Shown: positions 8,660 to 16,507, counted from the first letter of the stretch. The stretch: 32,000 nt of DNA from Corynebacterium glutamicum ATCC 13032 (GCF_000011325.1 NC_003450.3:480001-512000); one strand, 5' to 3'. Program-made: numbers and translations. The notes: a model not told the origin generated them from the letters alone.

Positions 8660-9103
8660 ATGGAGTGGTACCAAGTGCGCCGACGGGCCCGACAACTGCT
8701 CATTGTCCTTTTTATAGCAGCGATGCTCGGAGCAGCCTCCATGGTGATCGGGCCATTCCTTAACGACCGCACTATCGAAGGCAACTCCGGGCGCGCCTTG
8801 GCACAAGTAACCAACGTCGGCAGCTACCGCACAACGGTGGATTTCCAAGATGAAAACGGCATCTATCACTCACCAGCCACCGGCCTGTTGTTCCCCACGG
8901 GACTGGGCGAGGGGCAACGCGTGTGGGTGAACTACGCCAAATCAGATCCAGACCTGGTCAAAGTAGAAGGCCGCAAGTGGACACTGTCCATCATCCCAGC
9001 GCTTAGTGTCGCAGCTGTCGCCACCGCTACCTGGTCAGTACTATGGCTGGGAGTGGGCAGATTCGGAAGACGATCCGACGACGCCAACGAAACCACAGTG
9101 TAA
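8660..9103 (+). CDS. Membrane protein, DUF3592-like
   Basis: 147 aa with N- and C-terminal TM helices flanking a soluble beta-rich segment. The ATG directly abuts the menD stop (TAAATG). Confidence 0.7.
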   Translation: MEWYQVRRRARQLLIVLFIAAMLGAASMVIGPFLNDRTIEGNSGRALAQVTNVGSYRTTVDFQDENGIYHSPATGLLFPTGLGEGQRVWVNYAKSDPDLVKVEGRKWTLSIIPALSVAAVATATWSVLWLGVGRFGRRSDDANETTV

Positions 9104-9226
9104 AGCTCTATGCCGGGAGCATTCACCAGGATGTAACCGAAAAGATCTCAACACTTAAATAAAGTTCTCGATAAAGCCATGTTCGGTTAACTGCGATGTA
9201 GGCATGATGTGGAGATAATAAGGCCC

Positions 9227-10450
9227 ATGCGGGTAGCAATTGTTGCAGAGTCGTTCCTTCCAAATGTCAACGGAGTCACCAACTCGGTGCTCCGGGTGTT
9301 GGAGCATTTGAAAGCCAACGGACACGACGCGCTCGTCATCGCGCCGGGTGCCCGGGATTTTGAAGAAGAAATCGGCCACTACCTGGGCTTTGAAATTGTG
9401 CGCGTCCCCACCGTTCGGGTCCCACTGATTGATTCACTGCCCATCGGTGTTCCTCTGCCCTCAGTTACCTCTGTGCTGCGCGAGTACAACCCAGACATCA
9501 TTCACCTGGCATCCCCATTTGTGCTCGGTGGAGCGGCAGCATTCGCAGCAAGGCAGCTGCGCATCCCAGCAATTGCTATCTATCAAACTGATGTCGCAGG
9601 GTTCTCCCAGCGCTACCACCTGGCACCGTTGGCCACTGCAAGCTGGGAATGGATCAAGACGGTCCACAACATGTGCCAGCGCACCCTTGCTCCCTCATCC
9701 ATGAGCATTGACGAGCTGCGTGACCACGGAATTAATGATATTTTCCACTGGGCTCGGGGCGTGGACTCCAAGCGTTTCCACCCTGGAAAGCGTTCCGTAG
9801 CGCTACGTAAGTCTTGGGATCCAAGTGGAGCAAAGAAGATCGTTGGTTTCGTTGGGCGCCTTGCATCCGAAAAGGGCGTGGAGTGCCTTGCTGGATTATC
9901 CGGACGCTCAGACATCCAATTGGTCATCGTCGGTGATGGCCCAGAGGCCAAGTACCTGCAGGAAATGATGCCGGATGCGATCTTCACAGGAGCTCTCGGC
10001 GGCGAGGAACTAGCCACCACCTACGCATCACTCGATCTGTTTGTGCACCCAGGTGAGTTTGAAACCTTCTGCCAGGCGATCCAGGAAGCCCAAGCATCAG
10101 GTGTGCCCACCATTGGCCCACGCGCAGGTGGTCCCATTGATTTGATCAACGAAGGCGTCAACGGCCTGCTTCTTGATGTTGTAGATTTCAAGGAAACCCT
10201 CCCCGCTGCAGCCGAATGGATTTTGGACGATTCCCGCCACTCCGAAATGTGCGCAGCTGCTTGGGAAGGTGTGAAAGACAAGACCTGGGAAGCTTTGTGC
10301 ACCCAGCTTCTCCAGCACTACGCGGATGTAATCGCATTGTCACAGCGCATCCCACTGACATTCTTTGGCCCTAGCGCTGAAGTAGCAAAGCTTCCACTGT
10401 GGGTTGCTCGCGCGCTGGGTGTTCGCACCCGCATCAGCATCGAGGCTTAA
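9227..10450 (+). CDS. mgtA: GT4-family alpha-mannosyltransferase (MgtA / former PimB type)
   Basis: MRVAIVAESFLPNVNGVTNSV N-terminus and a C-terminal E-x7-E-like region (FETFCQAIQEAQASG). It sits between menD and menG as in Corynebacteriales. The ATG at 9227 is preferred over the GTG at 9209. Confidence 0.85.
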   Translation: MRVAIVAESFLPNVNGVTNSVLRVLEHLKANGHDALVIAPGARDFEEEIGHYLGFEIVRVPTVRVPLIDSLPIGVPLPSVTSVLREYNPDIIHLASPFVLGGAAAFAARQLRIPAIAIYQTDVAGFSQRYHLAPLATASWEWIKTVHNMCQRTLAPSSMSIDELRDHGINDIFHWARGVDSKRFHPGKRSVALRKSWDPSGAKKIVGFVGRLASEKGVECLAGLSGRSDIQLVIVGDGPEAKYLQEMMPDAIFTGALGGEELATTYASLDLFVHPGEFETFCQAIQEAQASGVPTIGPRAGGPIDLINEGVNGLLLDVVDFKETLPAAAEWILDDSRHSEMCAAAWEGVKDKTWEALCTQLLQHYADVIALSQRIPLTFFGPSAEVAKLPLWVARALGVRTRISIEA

Positions 10451-10528
10451 CTCTGCAGAATTAATCCATGGGAGTAGGATTAGCGCCCATTAACGCTTCA
10501 CATCCTTATATTCCCAAGGAGCACGACC

Positions 10529-11941
10529 ATTTCTGATTCAGCAGTCCAGGAGAATCACGAACCGCACCTCAAGCGCGGTTTGAGCAATAGACACCTTCAG
10601 CTCATCGCCATCGGCGGAGCGATCGGTACGGGTCTGTTCATGGGGTCCGGCAAGACGATCTCCGTTGCGGGGCCATCAGTAATTTTGGTGTACGCCATTA
10701 TTGGTTTCATGCTTTTCTTCGTCATGCGTGCCATGGGAGAGCTGCTGCTCGCCAATTTGAATTACAAATCTTTGCGCGATGCGGTCTCTGATATTTTGGG
10801 TCCTGGCGCAGGTTTTGTCACCGGCTGGACATATTGGTTCTGCTGGATTGCCACAGGCATGGCGGACATCGTGGCGATCACTGGATACACCCAATACTGG
10901 TGGCCTGAGATCCCATTGTGGCTTCCAGGTGTGCTCACCATTGCGTTGCTGTTTGCCCTGAACTTGGCTGCGGTACGACTGTTCGGTGAGATGGAGTTTT
11001 GGTTCGCCATCATCAAAATCGTGGCTATCGTGTCCTTGATCGTCGTGGGACTTTTCATGGTGGTCACAGCCTTTGAATCACCTAATGGCACCACCGCGCA
11101 GTTCAACAACCTCATTGAGCATGGCGGATTTTTCCCCAACGGCATCACCGGTTTCTTGGCTGGTTTCCAGATCGCTATCTTTGCGTTCGTCGGGATTGAA
11201 CTTGCCGGCACTGCAGCTGCAGAGACTGAGAATCCCACCAAGACGCTTCCTCGGGCAATCAACTCCATTCCCATCCGCATCGTGGTGTTCTATGTTTTGG
11301 CGTTGGCTGTCATCATGATGGTCACCCCATGGGATCAGGTCCGTGCTGACAACAGCCCATTCGTGCAGATGTTCGCGCTGGCAGGAATCCCAGCGGCGGC
11401 AGGCATCATTAACTTTGTGGTCATCACTTCTGCAGCGTCGTCTGCCAACAGTGGTATTTTCTCCACCTCCCGCATGTTGTATGGATTGTCTTTGGAAGGC
11501 GCAGCTCCGAAACGGTGGAGCCGGTTGTCCAAGAACTTGGTGCCAGCCAGGGGATTGACTTTTTCTGTGATTTGCCTCATTCCAGCGGTGGGTTTGCTGT
11601 ACGCTGGCGGCACTGTCATCGAGGCATTCACACTGATCACCACGGTTTCTTCGGTGTTGTTCATGGTGGTGTGGTCCTACATTTTGGTGGCTTATATCGT
11701 CTACCGCCGCAACAGCCCGGAATTACACAAAAAGTCGATTTTCAAAATGCCTGGCGGCGTGGTCATGGCAGTTGTGGTGTTGGTGTTCTTCGCAGCGATG
11801 TTGGTGGTGCTGTCCCTGGAGCCGGATACCCGTGCAGCGCTCATCGCGACGCCAGTGTGGTTCATCATTTTGGGTATCGGTTGGTTGTCCATCGGTGGAG
11901 CTAAGGGCGCTAAGCATCGCAGCCAAATAACCTCCCACTAA
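10529..11941 (+). CDS. Amino-acid permease, APC superfamily (AroP/CycA/AnsP-like)
   Basis: Polytopic. The conserved N-terminal box LKRGLSNRHLQLIAIGGAIGTGLF begins upstream of the first canonical start (TTG 10580). AAGGAG (10516-10521) lies 7 nt before ATT at 10529. The stop is secure; the start is unconventional and uncertain. Confidence 0.88.
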   Translation: MSDSAVQENHEPHLKRGLSNRHLQLIAIGGAIGTGLFMGSGKTISVAGPSVILVYAIIGFMLFFVMRAMGELLLANLNYKSLRDAVSDILGPGAGFVTGWTYWFCWIATGMADIVAITGYTQYWWPEIPLWLPGVLTIALLFALNLAAVRLFGEMEFWFAIIKIVAIVSLIVVGLFMVVTAFESPNGTTAQFNNLIEHGGFFPNGITGFLAGFQIAIFAFVGIELAGTAAAETENPTKTLPRAINSIPIRIVVFYVLALAVIMMVTPWDQVRADNSPFVQMFALAGIPAAAGIINFVVITSAASSANSGIFSTSRMLYGLSLEGAAPKRWSRLSKNLVPARGLTFSVICLIPAVGLLYAGGTVIEAFTLITTVSSVLFMVVWSYILVAYIVYRRNSPELHKKSIFKMPGGVVMAVVVLVFFAAMLVVLSLEPDTRAALIATPVWFIILGIGWLSIGGAKGAKHRSQITSH

Positions 11942-11965
11942 AGCTCCTGGGTTAGACTCGAACGC

Positions 11966-12658
11966 GTGGCTAAAGCAGATTTAGACAAGGACCCCTTCGA
12001 CGTAGCGTCAATGTTCGATGACGTCGGAAAGAACTACGATCTCACCAATACCGTGCTTTCTTTTGGTCAGGACCGTGTGTGGCGAAAGCGCACTAGGCAG
12101 CGCCTGGACCTCAAGCCAGGGGAGAAGGTGCTTGATCTAGCTGCAGGAACAGCCGTTTCCACCGTGGAGTTGGCAAAATCCGGCGCGTTTTGTGTGGCGT
12201 GTGATTTCTCCCAGGGCATGCTCGCCGCAGGTAAAGACCGCGATGTGTCCAAGGTTGTGGGCGATGGCATGCAGTTGCCGTTTGCAGACAACAGCTTTGA
12301 TGCTGTGACCATTTCTTATGGTCTGCGCAATATTCACGATTTCCGCGCTGGCCTGAAAGAAATGGCCCGCGTGACTAAACCTGGTGGACGCCTCACCGTG
12401 GCGGAGTTCTCCACCCCCGTGATCCCTGTGTTCGGCACCGTGTACAAGGAGTACCTCATGCGCCTGCTGCCCCAGGCGGCGCGCGCAGTATCGTCCAACC
12501 CGGAGGCCTACATTTACCTGGCTGATTCCATCCGCGCATGGCCTAGCCAGGCGGAACTAGCACGGGAGATCAACCAGAATGGTTGGTCAGATTGCGGTTG
12601 GCAGAACCTGACCTTCGGCATCGTCGCGCTGCACTCGGCGATTAAACCAGAGAACTAG
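11966..12658 (+). CDS. menG: Demethylmenaquinone methyltransferase
   Basis: 230 aa with the SAM-binding motif VLDLAAGTA and the UbiE/MenG signature ISYGLRN. Confidence 0.93.
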   Translation: MAKADLDKDPFDVASMFDDVGKNYDLTNTVLSFGQDRVWRKRTRQRLDLKPGEKVLDLAAGTAVSTVELAKSGAFCVACDFSQGMLAAGKDRDVSKVVGDGMQLPFADNSFDAVTISYGLRNIHDFRAGLKEMARVTKPGGRLTVAEFSTPVIPVFGTVYKEYLMRLLPQAARAVSSNPEAYIYLADSIRAWPSQAELAREINQNGWSDCGWQNLTFGIVALHSAIKPEN

Positions 12659-13916
12659 TCGAGTCCCACAGAGGGGAGCCCTTCCGCGCCCAACTAATCG
12701 CGGATCCGGCGGCCTGCCAACCCCTGGCGAGCAGGTCTTTATCCTCCTCTGTGATCAGGTTGCCCATCAAACGCGCAGCCGCCGGCATGATGGCCTTTTG
12801 CAGCGGCCCGCGGAATGCGAGCGGCCCAGCCATCGGCAAAAACTGCGGGTACGTCAGCAGTCGAGCAGCCGTGCGCGCCAACATGAAGGTCTCGCCGTAC
12901 GCGTCGCGCAACCTATGTGGCCATACCAAGGTCAAATCGCGCTTGGGGTTTTCCACAAGCGTGTCGACGGCCATCGCCGCGGTTTCCAGGCCATAGTCGA
13001 TGCCTTCGCCGTTCAGCGGGTTCACACACGCGGCGGAATCGCCGATCAGCATCCAGTTCGCGCCAGCCACATTCGACACCGCGCCGCCCATAGGCAGCAG
13101 GGCAGAGGCGACGTCGTGCTCGGGCCCGAGTTGCCATGCTTTACGACGCTGACCCGCATAGAAGCTCAACAATTTCTTCGTATTGATCTTCGCTGGTCTC
13201 GTATCCGTCGAGAGCGCGCCACAACCCAAATTCACCGTGCCGTTGCCCAGCGGGAAAATCCACCCATATCCTGGCTGCACCACACCATCTTCATCGCGCA
13301 GTTCCACATGGGAGTGAATCCACGGTTCATCAGACAGCGGAGTTTCACAATAAGCACGAGCCGCAATGCCATACACCTCATCGCGTTGCCACTGCCTACC
13401 CAGTTTCTTACCGAAAGGGGAGCGGACACCATCGGCAATAATCACATGCTTCGCCTTGACGGTTTTCTCTTGCCCTGCGTGATTAATCACAACGCCTTCC
13501 AAGAAATTCCCCCTCAAAATGGGGTCTTGGGCGCTCGCGTTCTCCCACGTGGTTACTTCCTCATGAGATTTTGCCAAGCGGAATAACAAATCATCGAACT
13601 CCATCCGCGACATCGCGGAACCCTTATTCGTGAAATATGTCTCCGGCCACGGCGCCTCAACAGAGCCACCAAAACCATGCAGTTTCAAGCCCTTGTTGAA
13701 ATAATCCCCGGTAACCTGATCAGCAACACCTAGAAGTTCTAGCTGGTGAATCGCACGGGGAGTAAGGCCATCGCCACACGTTTTATCCCGCGGGAAGGAG
13801 GAGGCGTCGATAAGCAATGTTTGAAGCCCAGTCCTGGCCGCATGGACGGCGGCGCTGGCACCTGAGGGGCCCGCGCCGATGATCAACACATCAAAAGTTG
13901 TAGACACAAACCCCAT
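12642..13916 (-). CDS. Geranylgeranyl-reductase-family flavoprotein, MenJ-like menaquinone side-chain reductase
   Basis: [19 protein letters not shown]-binding fold at the N-terminus from the ATG at 13916 (the track ORF extends to 14096). It has the GGR-family layout and sits between menG and the polyprenyl synthase, as I remember for the mycobacterial Rv0561c. Confidence 0.85.
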   Translation of the reverse strand: MGFVSTTFDVLIIGAGPSGASAAVHAARTGLQTLLIDASSFPRDKTCGDGLTPRAIHQLELLGVADQVTGDYFNKGLKLHGFGGSVEAPWPETYFTNKGSAMSRMEFDDLLFRLAKSHEEVTTWENASAQDPILRGNFLEGVVINHAGQEKTVKAKHVIIADGVRSPFGKKLGRQWQRDEVYGIAARAYCETPLSDEPWIHSHVELRDEDGVVQPGYGWIFPLGNGTVNLGCGALSTDTRPAKINTKKLLSFYAGQRRKAWQLGPEHDVASALLPMGGAVSNVAGANWMLIGDSAACVNPLNGEGIDYGLETAAMAVDTLVENPKRDLTLVWPHRLRDAYGETFMLARTAARLLTYPQFLPMAGPLAFRGPLQKAIMPAAARLMGNLITEEDKDLLARGWQAAGSAISWARKGSPLWDSTSSLV

Positions 13917-14060
13917 TGTCTCAGTCCGGAGAGCAAGAAGACTAACCCAAGGTGCTTCAAGTGCCTTCCGTCGACTACGGTTAAACAAAAAGCTTTTTGT
14001 CCATTTCACTGGATTCACCGAAAGAATGAATCCACACTCGATCACCAAAGGTAGCGATGA

Positions 14061-15113
14061 ATGAGTAGCGGCCGAACCGTTCCAACCCGTTCCCACGGGC
14101 TCGGAAAAGAAGGTGTATCCACCACAGGAGCATCTCAGGTCGAGTTTGGTGATCCCGAGCTAACGGCCAGGATCAATGACGCCATGGTGCAGGTAGAAGA
14201 ACTCCTGCACACTGAACTATCGTCCGGGGAAGACTTCCTCGTCGATATCGTCATGCACCTAACACGAGCCGGCGGCAAACGATTCCGCCCCATGTTTGCA
14301 CTGCTGGCCTCCGAGTTCGGTGAAAAACCACTCTCCGAAAACGTCATCAAAGCCGCCGTTGTCGTAGAGATCACCCACCTGGCCACCCTGTACCACGACG
14401 ATGTCATGGACGAGGCATCCATGCGCCGCGGCGTCCCAAGTGCTAACGCGCGATGGGACAACTCCGTAGCCATCCTCGCAGGCGACATCCTCCTAGCACA
14501 TGCATCAGGTCTGATGAGTCAGCTGGGTACCGACACAGTCGCCCACTTTGCCGAAACATTCGGCGAACTAGTCACCGGCCAAATGCGCGAAACAGTCGGG
14601 CCACGCGACACCGACCCGATCGAGCACTACACCAACGTAATCCGTGAAAAAACTGGTGTCCTCATCGCCTCCGCAGGCTATTTGGGAGCCATGCACGCAG
14701 GCGCCGCACCTGAACACATCGACGCCCTGAAGAACTTCGGCGCAGCCGTCGGCATGATCTTCCAAATCGTCGACGACATCATCGACATCTTCTCGGAAAC
14801 CCACGAATCCGGAAAAACGCCCGGCACCGACCTCCGCGAAGGTGTATTCACCCTCCCAGTGCTCTACGCACTCCGTGAAGACACCCCCGTCGGCGCAGAA
14901 CTCCGCGACATCCTCACCGGCCCTCTAGAAGACGACGAGACCGTCAACCACGTCCTCGAGCTCCTCTCCCAATCCGGCGGACGCCAAGCAGCCCTCGACG
15001 AGGTCTACCGCTACATGGACATCGCCAACGCAGAACTCGACCGCCTCCCAGACAGCACCGTCAAGGAAGCCCTCCGCAACCTTGCAACCTTCACAGTCAA
15101 GCGCGTCGGATAA
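14061..15113 (+). CDS. Long-chain trans-polyprenyl diphosphate synthase (GrcC1/IspB-like)
   Basis: Two aspartate-rich motifs are present: LYHDDVMDE and FQIVDDIID. Confidence 0.9.
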   Translation: MSSGRTVPTRSHGLGKEGVSTTGASQVEFGDPELTARINDAMVQVEELLHTELSSGEDFLVDIVMHLTRAGGKRFRPMFALLASEFGEKPLSENVIKAAVVVEITHLATLYHDDVMDEASMRRGVPSANARWDNSVAILAGDILLAHASGLMSQLGTDTVAHFAETFGELVTGQMRETVGPRDTDPIEHYTNVIREKTGVLIASAGYLGAMHAGAAPEHIDALKNFGAAVGMIFQIVDDIIDIFSETHESGKTPGTDLREGVFTLPVLYALREDTPVGAELRDILTGPLEDDETVNHVLELLSQSGGRQAALDEVYRYMDIANAELDRLPDSTVKEALRNLATFTVKRVG

Positions 15114-15198
15114 CCCCGTAATCCACCACTTAACCTGCCGATTTGCATAACAGGCGGGGTCTCATAGTAAAGTATGAGGCGCACCAAACGAGGTGCCC

Positions 15199-15281
15199 GC
15201 CAGATTGCCCGAGCGGCCAATGGGAGCGGACTGTAAATCCGTCGGCTTGCGCCTACGTAGGTTCGAATCCTACATCTGGCA
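15199..15281 (+). tRNA. tRNA-Tyr (GTA)
   Basis: Hand-folded: acceptor GCCAGAT/ATCTGGC, anticodon loop CTGTAAA, long variable arm, T-arm GTAGG-TTCGAAT-CCTAC. CCA is not encoded. Confidence 0.92.
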
Positions 15282-15286
15282 CAATC

Positions 15287-15324
15287 ACCCGCTGCACTTT
15301 CTTAGGAAAGTGCAGCGGGTTTTT
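15287..15324 (+). terminator. Rho-independent terminator after tRNA-Tyr
   Basis: Perfect 15-bp stem ACCCGCTGCACTTTC / GAAAGTGCAGCGGGT with loop TTAG, followed by TTTT. Confidence 0.85.
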
Positions 15325-15389
15325 GCATGCGTGGACTTTTTGAGGATCTTTCTGGGATCCCCAGAGGAGTAGCGGCGGCGTTGGCTCCG

Positions 15390-15700
15390 TAAGTTCGATT
15401 TCACGGTAGCGGTTTCTCAACTACGGTTTCTTGCGCTCAATTTCTTAAGAGCGATTTCACTCGGTTTTTGGTGGTTTTGCGAATGGTCTCGAAGGTAAGA
15501 AATTGGATTTGAGAAATTGTATTTGAGGTATCGAACTTAAGTGGGGGAGTCCTTCGCCTCGATATGGCGGCAGCAGTCCTATTGCTCGACTTCGCGTGTG
15601 CTGACTTCTCATACTCAACTTCTCGTCAGACGACTTCAGTAGGAAATCCTGACAGCACCGACTGAAGTCGAGCATAAGAAGTCGGTGTTAAGATGTCGTC
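15390..15700. repeat. Copy A of a ~310-bp dispersed modular repeat
   Basis: 15390-15661 aligns to 31096-31367 at a fixed offset of 15706. By hand count there are 8 mismatches and no indels. A degenerate tail continues to about 15700. Confidence 0.9.
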
Positions 15701-15903
15701 GTTGAGGTGTTGCCTTCGAGAAATTGAACTTAAGGCAACCACACCAAGCGTCTGTTGCAGATAACTCAATCCATTGTCACTTTAGGGCGTCTTTGAGTGC
15801 TGAAAAGTGGCGCCTGACCAGTGATTTTGTGTTTCTTCAAGTTCACGCTAATCTACTTAAGACTTCAACGGAGCACAGCCAGGCTGTTTTTGAAGAAGTA
15901 GAT

Positions 15904-15976
15904 GCCCCCTTAGCTCAGTCGGTAGAGCGTTTCCATGGTAAGGAAAAGGTCAACAGTTCGATTCTGTTAGGGGGCT
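15904..15976 (+). tRNA. tRNA-Thr (GGT), copy 1
   Basis: Acceptor GCCCCCT/AGGGGGC, D-arm GCTC-AGTCGGTA-GAGC, anticodon loop ATGGTAA, T-arm AACAG-TTCGATT-CTGTT. Confidence 0.95.
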
Positions 15977-15983
15977 CTTTTTG

Positions 15984-16015
15984 CATTTCTGGACCATTTT
16001 GGAATCATTTCTGGA
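15984..16015. repeat. Three tandem ~11-bp repeats (CATTTCTGGA / CATTTTGGA / CATTTCTGGA)
   Basis: Read directly at 15984-15993, 15995-16003 and 16006-16015. Confidence 0.7.
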
Positions 16016-16228
16016 TCTCTTTAGGTCACAAATGCACACCTGGCAGACGCACTCAAGGCGTGAGTTTTTAGTTTCAGGCCACATGCATCGCAGTAGGGGT
16101 GCAATTTAATCCAAGAAAACCTTTAGCTTCCTGCAGATTTGTGTTGCGGTAGCGGTTCGGGTTAAAGTTCTTAAGGCTTCAACGGAGCGCAGCGGTAGTT
16201 ATACGGACTGCATTTCAAAGAGCTTGAC

Positions 16229-16301
16229 GCCCCCTTAGCTCAGTCGGTAGAGCGTTTCCATGGTAAGGAAAAGGTCAACAGTTCGATTCTGTTAGGGGGC
16301 T
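16229..16301 (+). tRNA. tRNA-Thr (GGT), copy 2 (identical to copy 1)
   Basis: The 73-nt sequence is identical to 15904-15976. Confidence 0.95.
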
Positions 16302-16339
16302 CTGTTGCTTTTATTCTCGTAAGAGATGTTGAGCAATGT

Positions 16340-16411
16340 GGCGGTGTAGCTCAGTGGTAGAGCAAGCGACTCATAATCGCTGTGTCGCGAGTTCAATTCT
16401 CGCCATCGCTA
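16340..16411 (+). tRNA. tRNA-Met (CAT), elongator type
   Basis: Acceptor GGCGGTG/CATCGCT (two G-U pairs) and anticodon loop CTCATAA. The anticodon stem AGCGA/TCGCT lacks the three G-C pairs of an initiator tRNA. Confidence 0.88.
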
Positions 16412-16422
16412 CCGCGGATGAA

Positions 16423-16466
16423 ACCGCTTCTAACTGCAAATTTTTTGAGGTTAGAAGCGGTGTTTT
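16423..16466 (+). terminator. Terminator after tRNA-Met
   Basis: ACCGCTTCTAAC (16423-16434) pairs with GTTAGAAGCGGT (16450-16461), followed by GTTTTC. Confidence 0.7.
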
Positions 16467-16507
16467 CGCAAATTGACAGGCTGATGGTAACATTGCCTGT
16501 GCTCCAT

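Noticed and set aside
15143-15198. Possible tRNA-Tyr promoter (TTGCAT 15143-15148 with downstream TAGTAA/TAAAGT) and the CTCATA/TATGAG hairpin
   Set aside because: The hexamer matches and spacing are ambiguous (16-19 nt options). It is not reported as a feature without TSS data.
15457-15675. 72-aa minus-strand ORF inside repeat copy A, with a twin at 31163..31381 in copy B
   Set aside because: Six of the seven substitutions I counted inside the ORFs change an amino acid. The peptide is R/S/L/P-rich with no recognisable domain, SD or signal. The ORF ends exactly within the periodic DNA modules. The conservation is better explained at the nucleotide level.
15396-15730. Could the periodic array be a CRISPR array?
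   Set aside because: The repeat unit is only 7 bp of core in a 14-15 bp period and the blocks switch orientation. There are no 25-40 bp unique spacers, and no cas genes in the window.
15724-16071. 115-aa plus-strand ORF, and the 95-aa minus ORF at 16371..16658
   Set aside because: Both read straight through hand-folded tRNA genes (Thr; Met and Trp) and their terminators. They are spurious.
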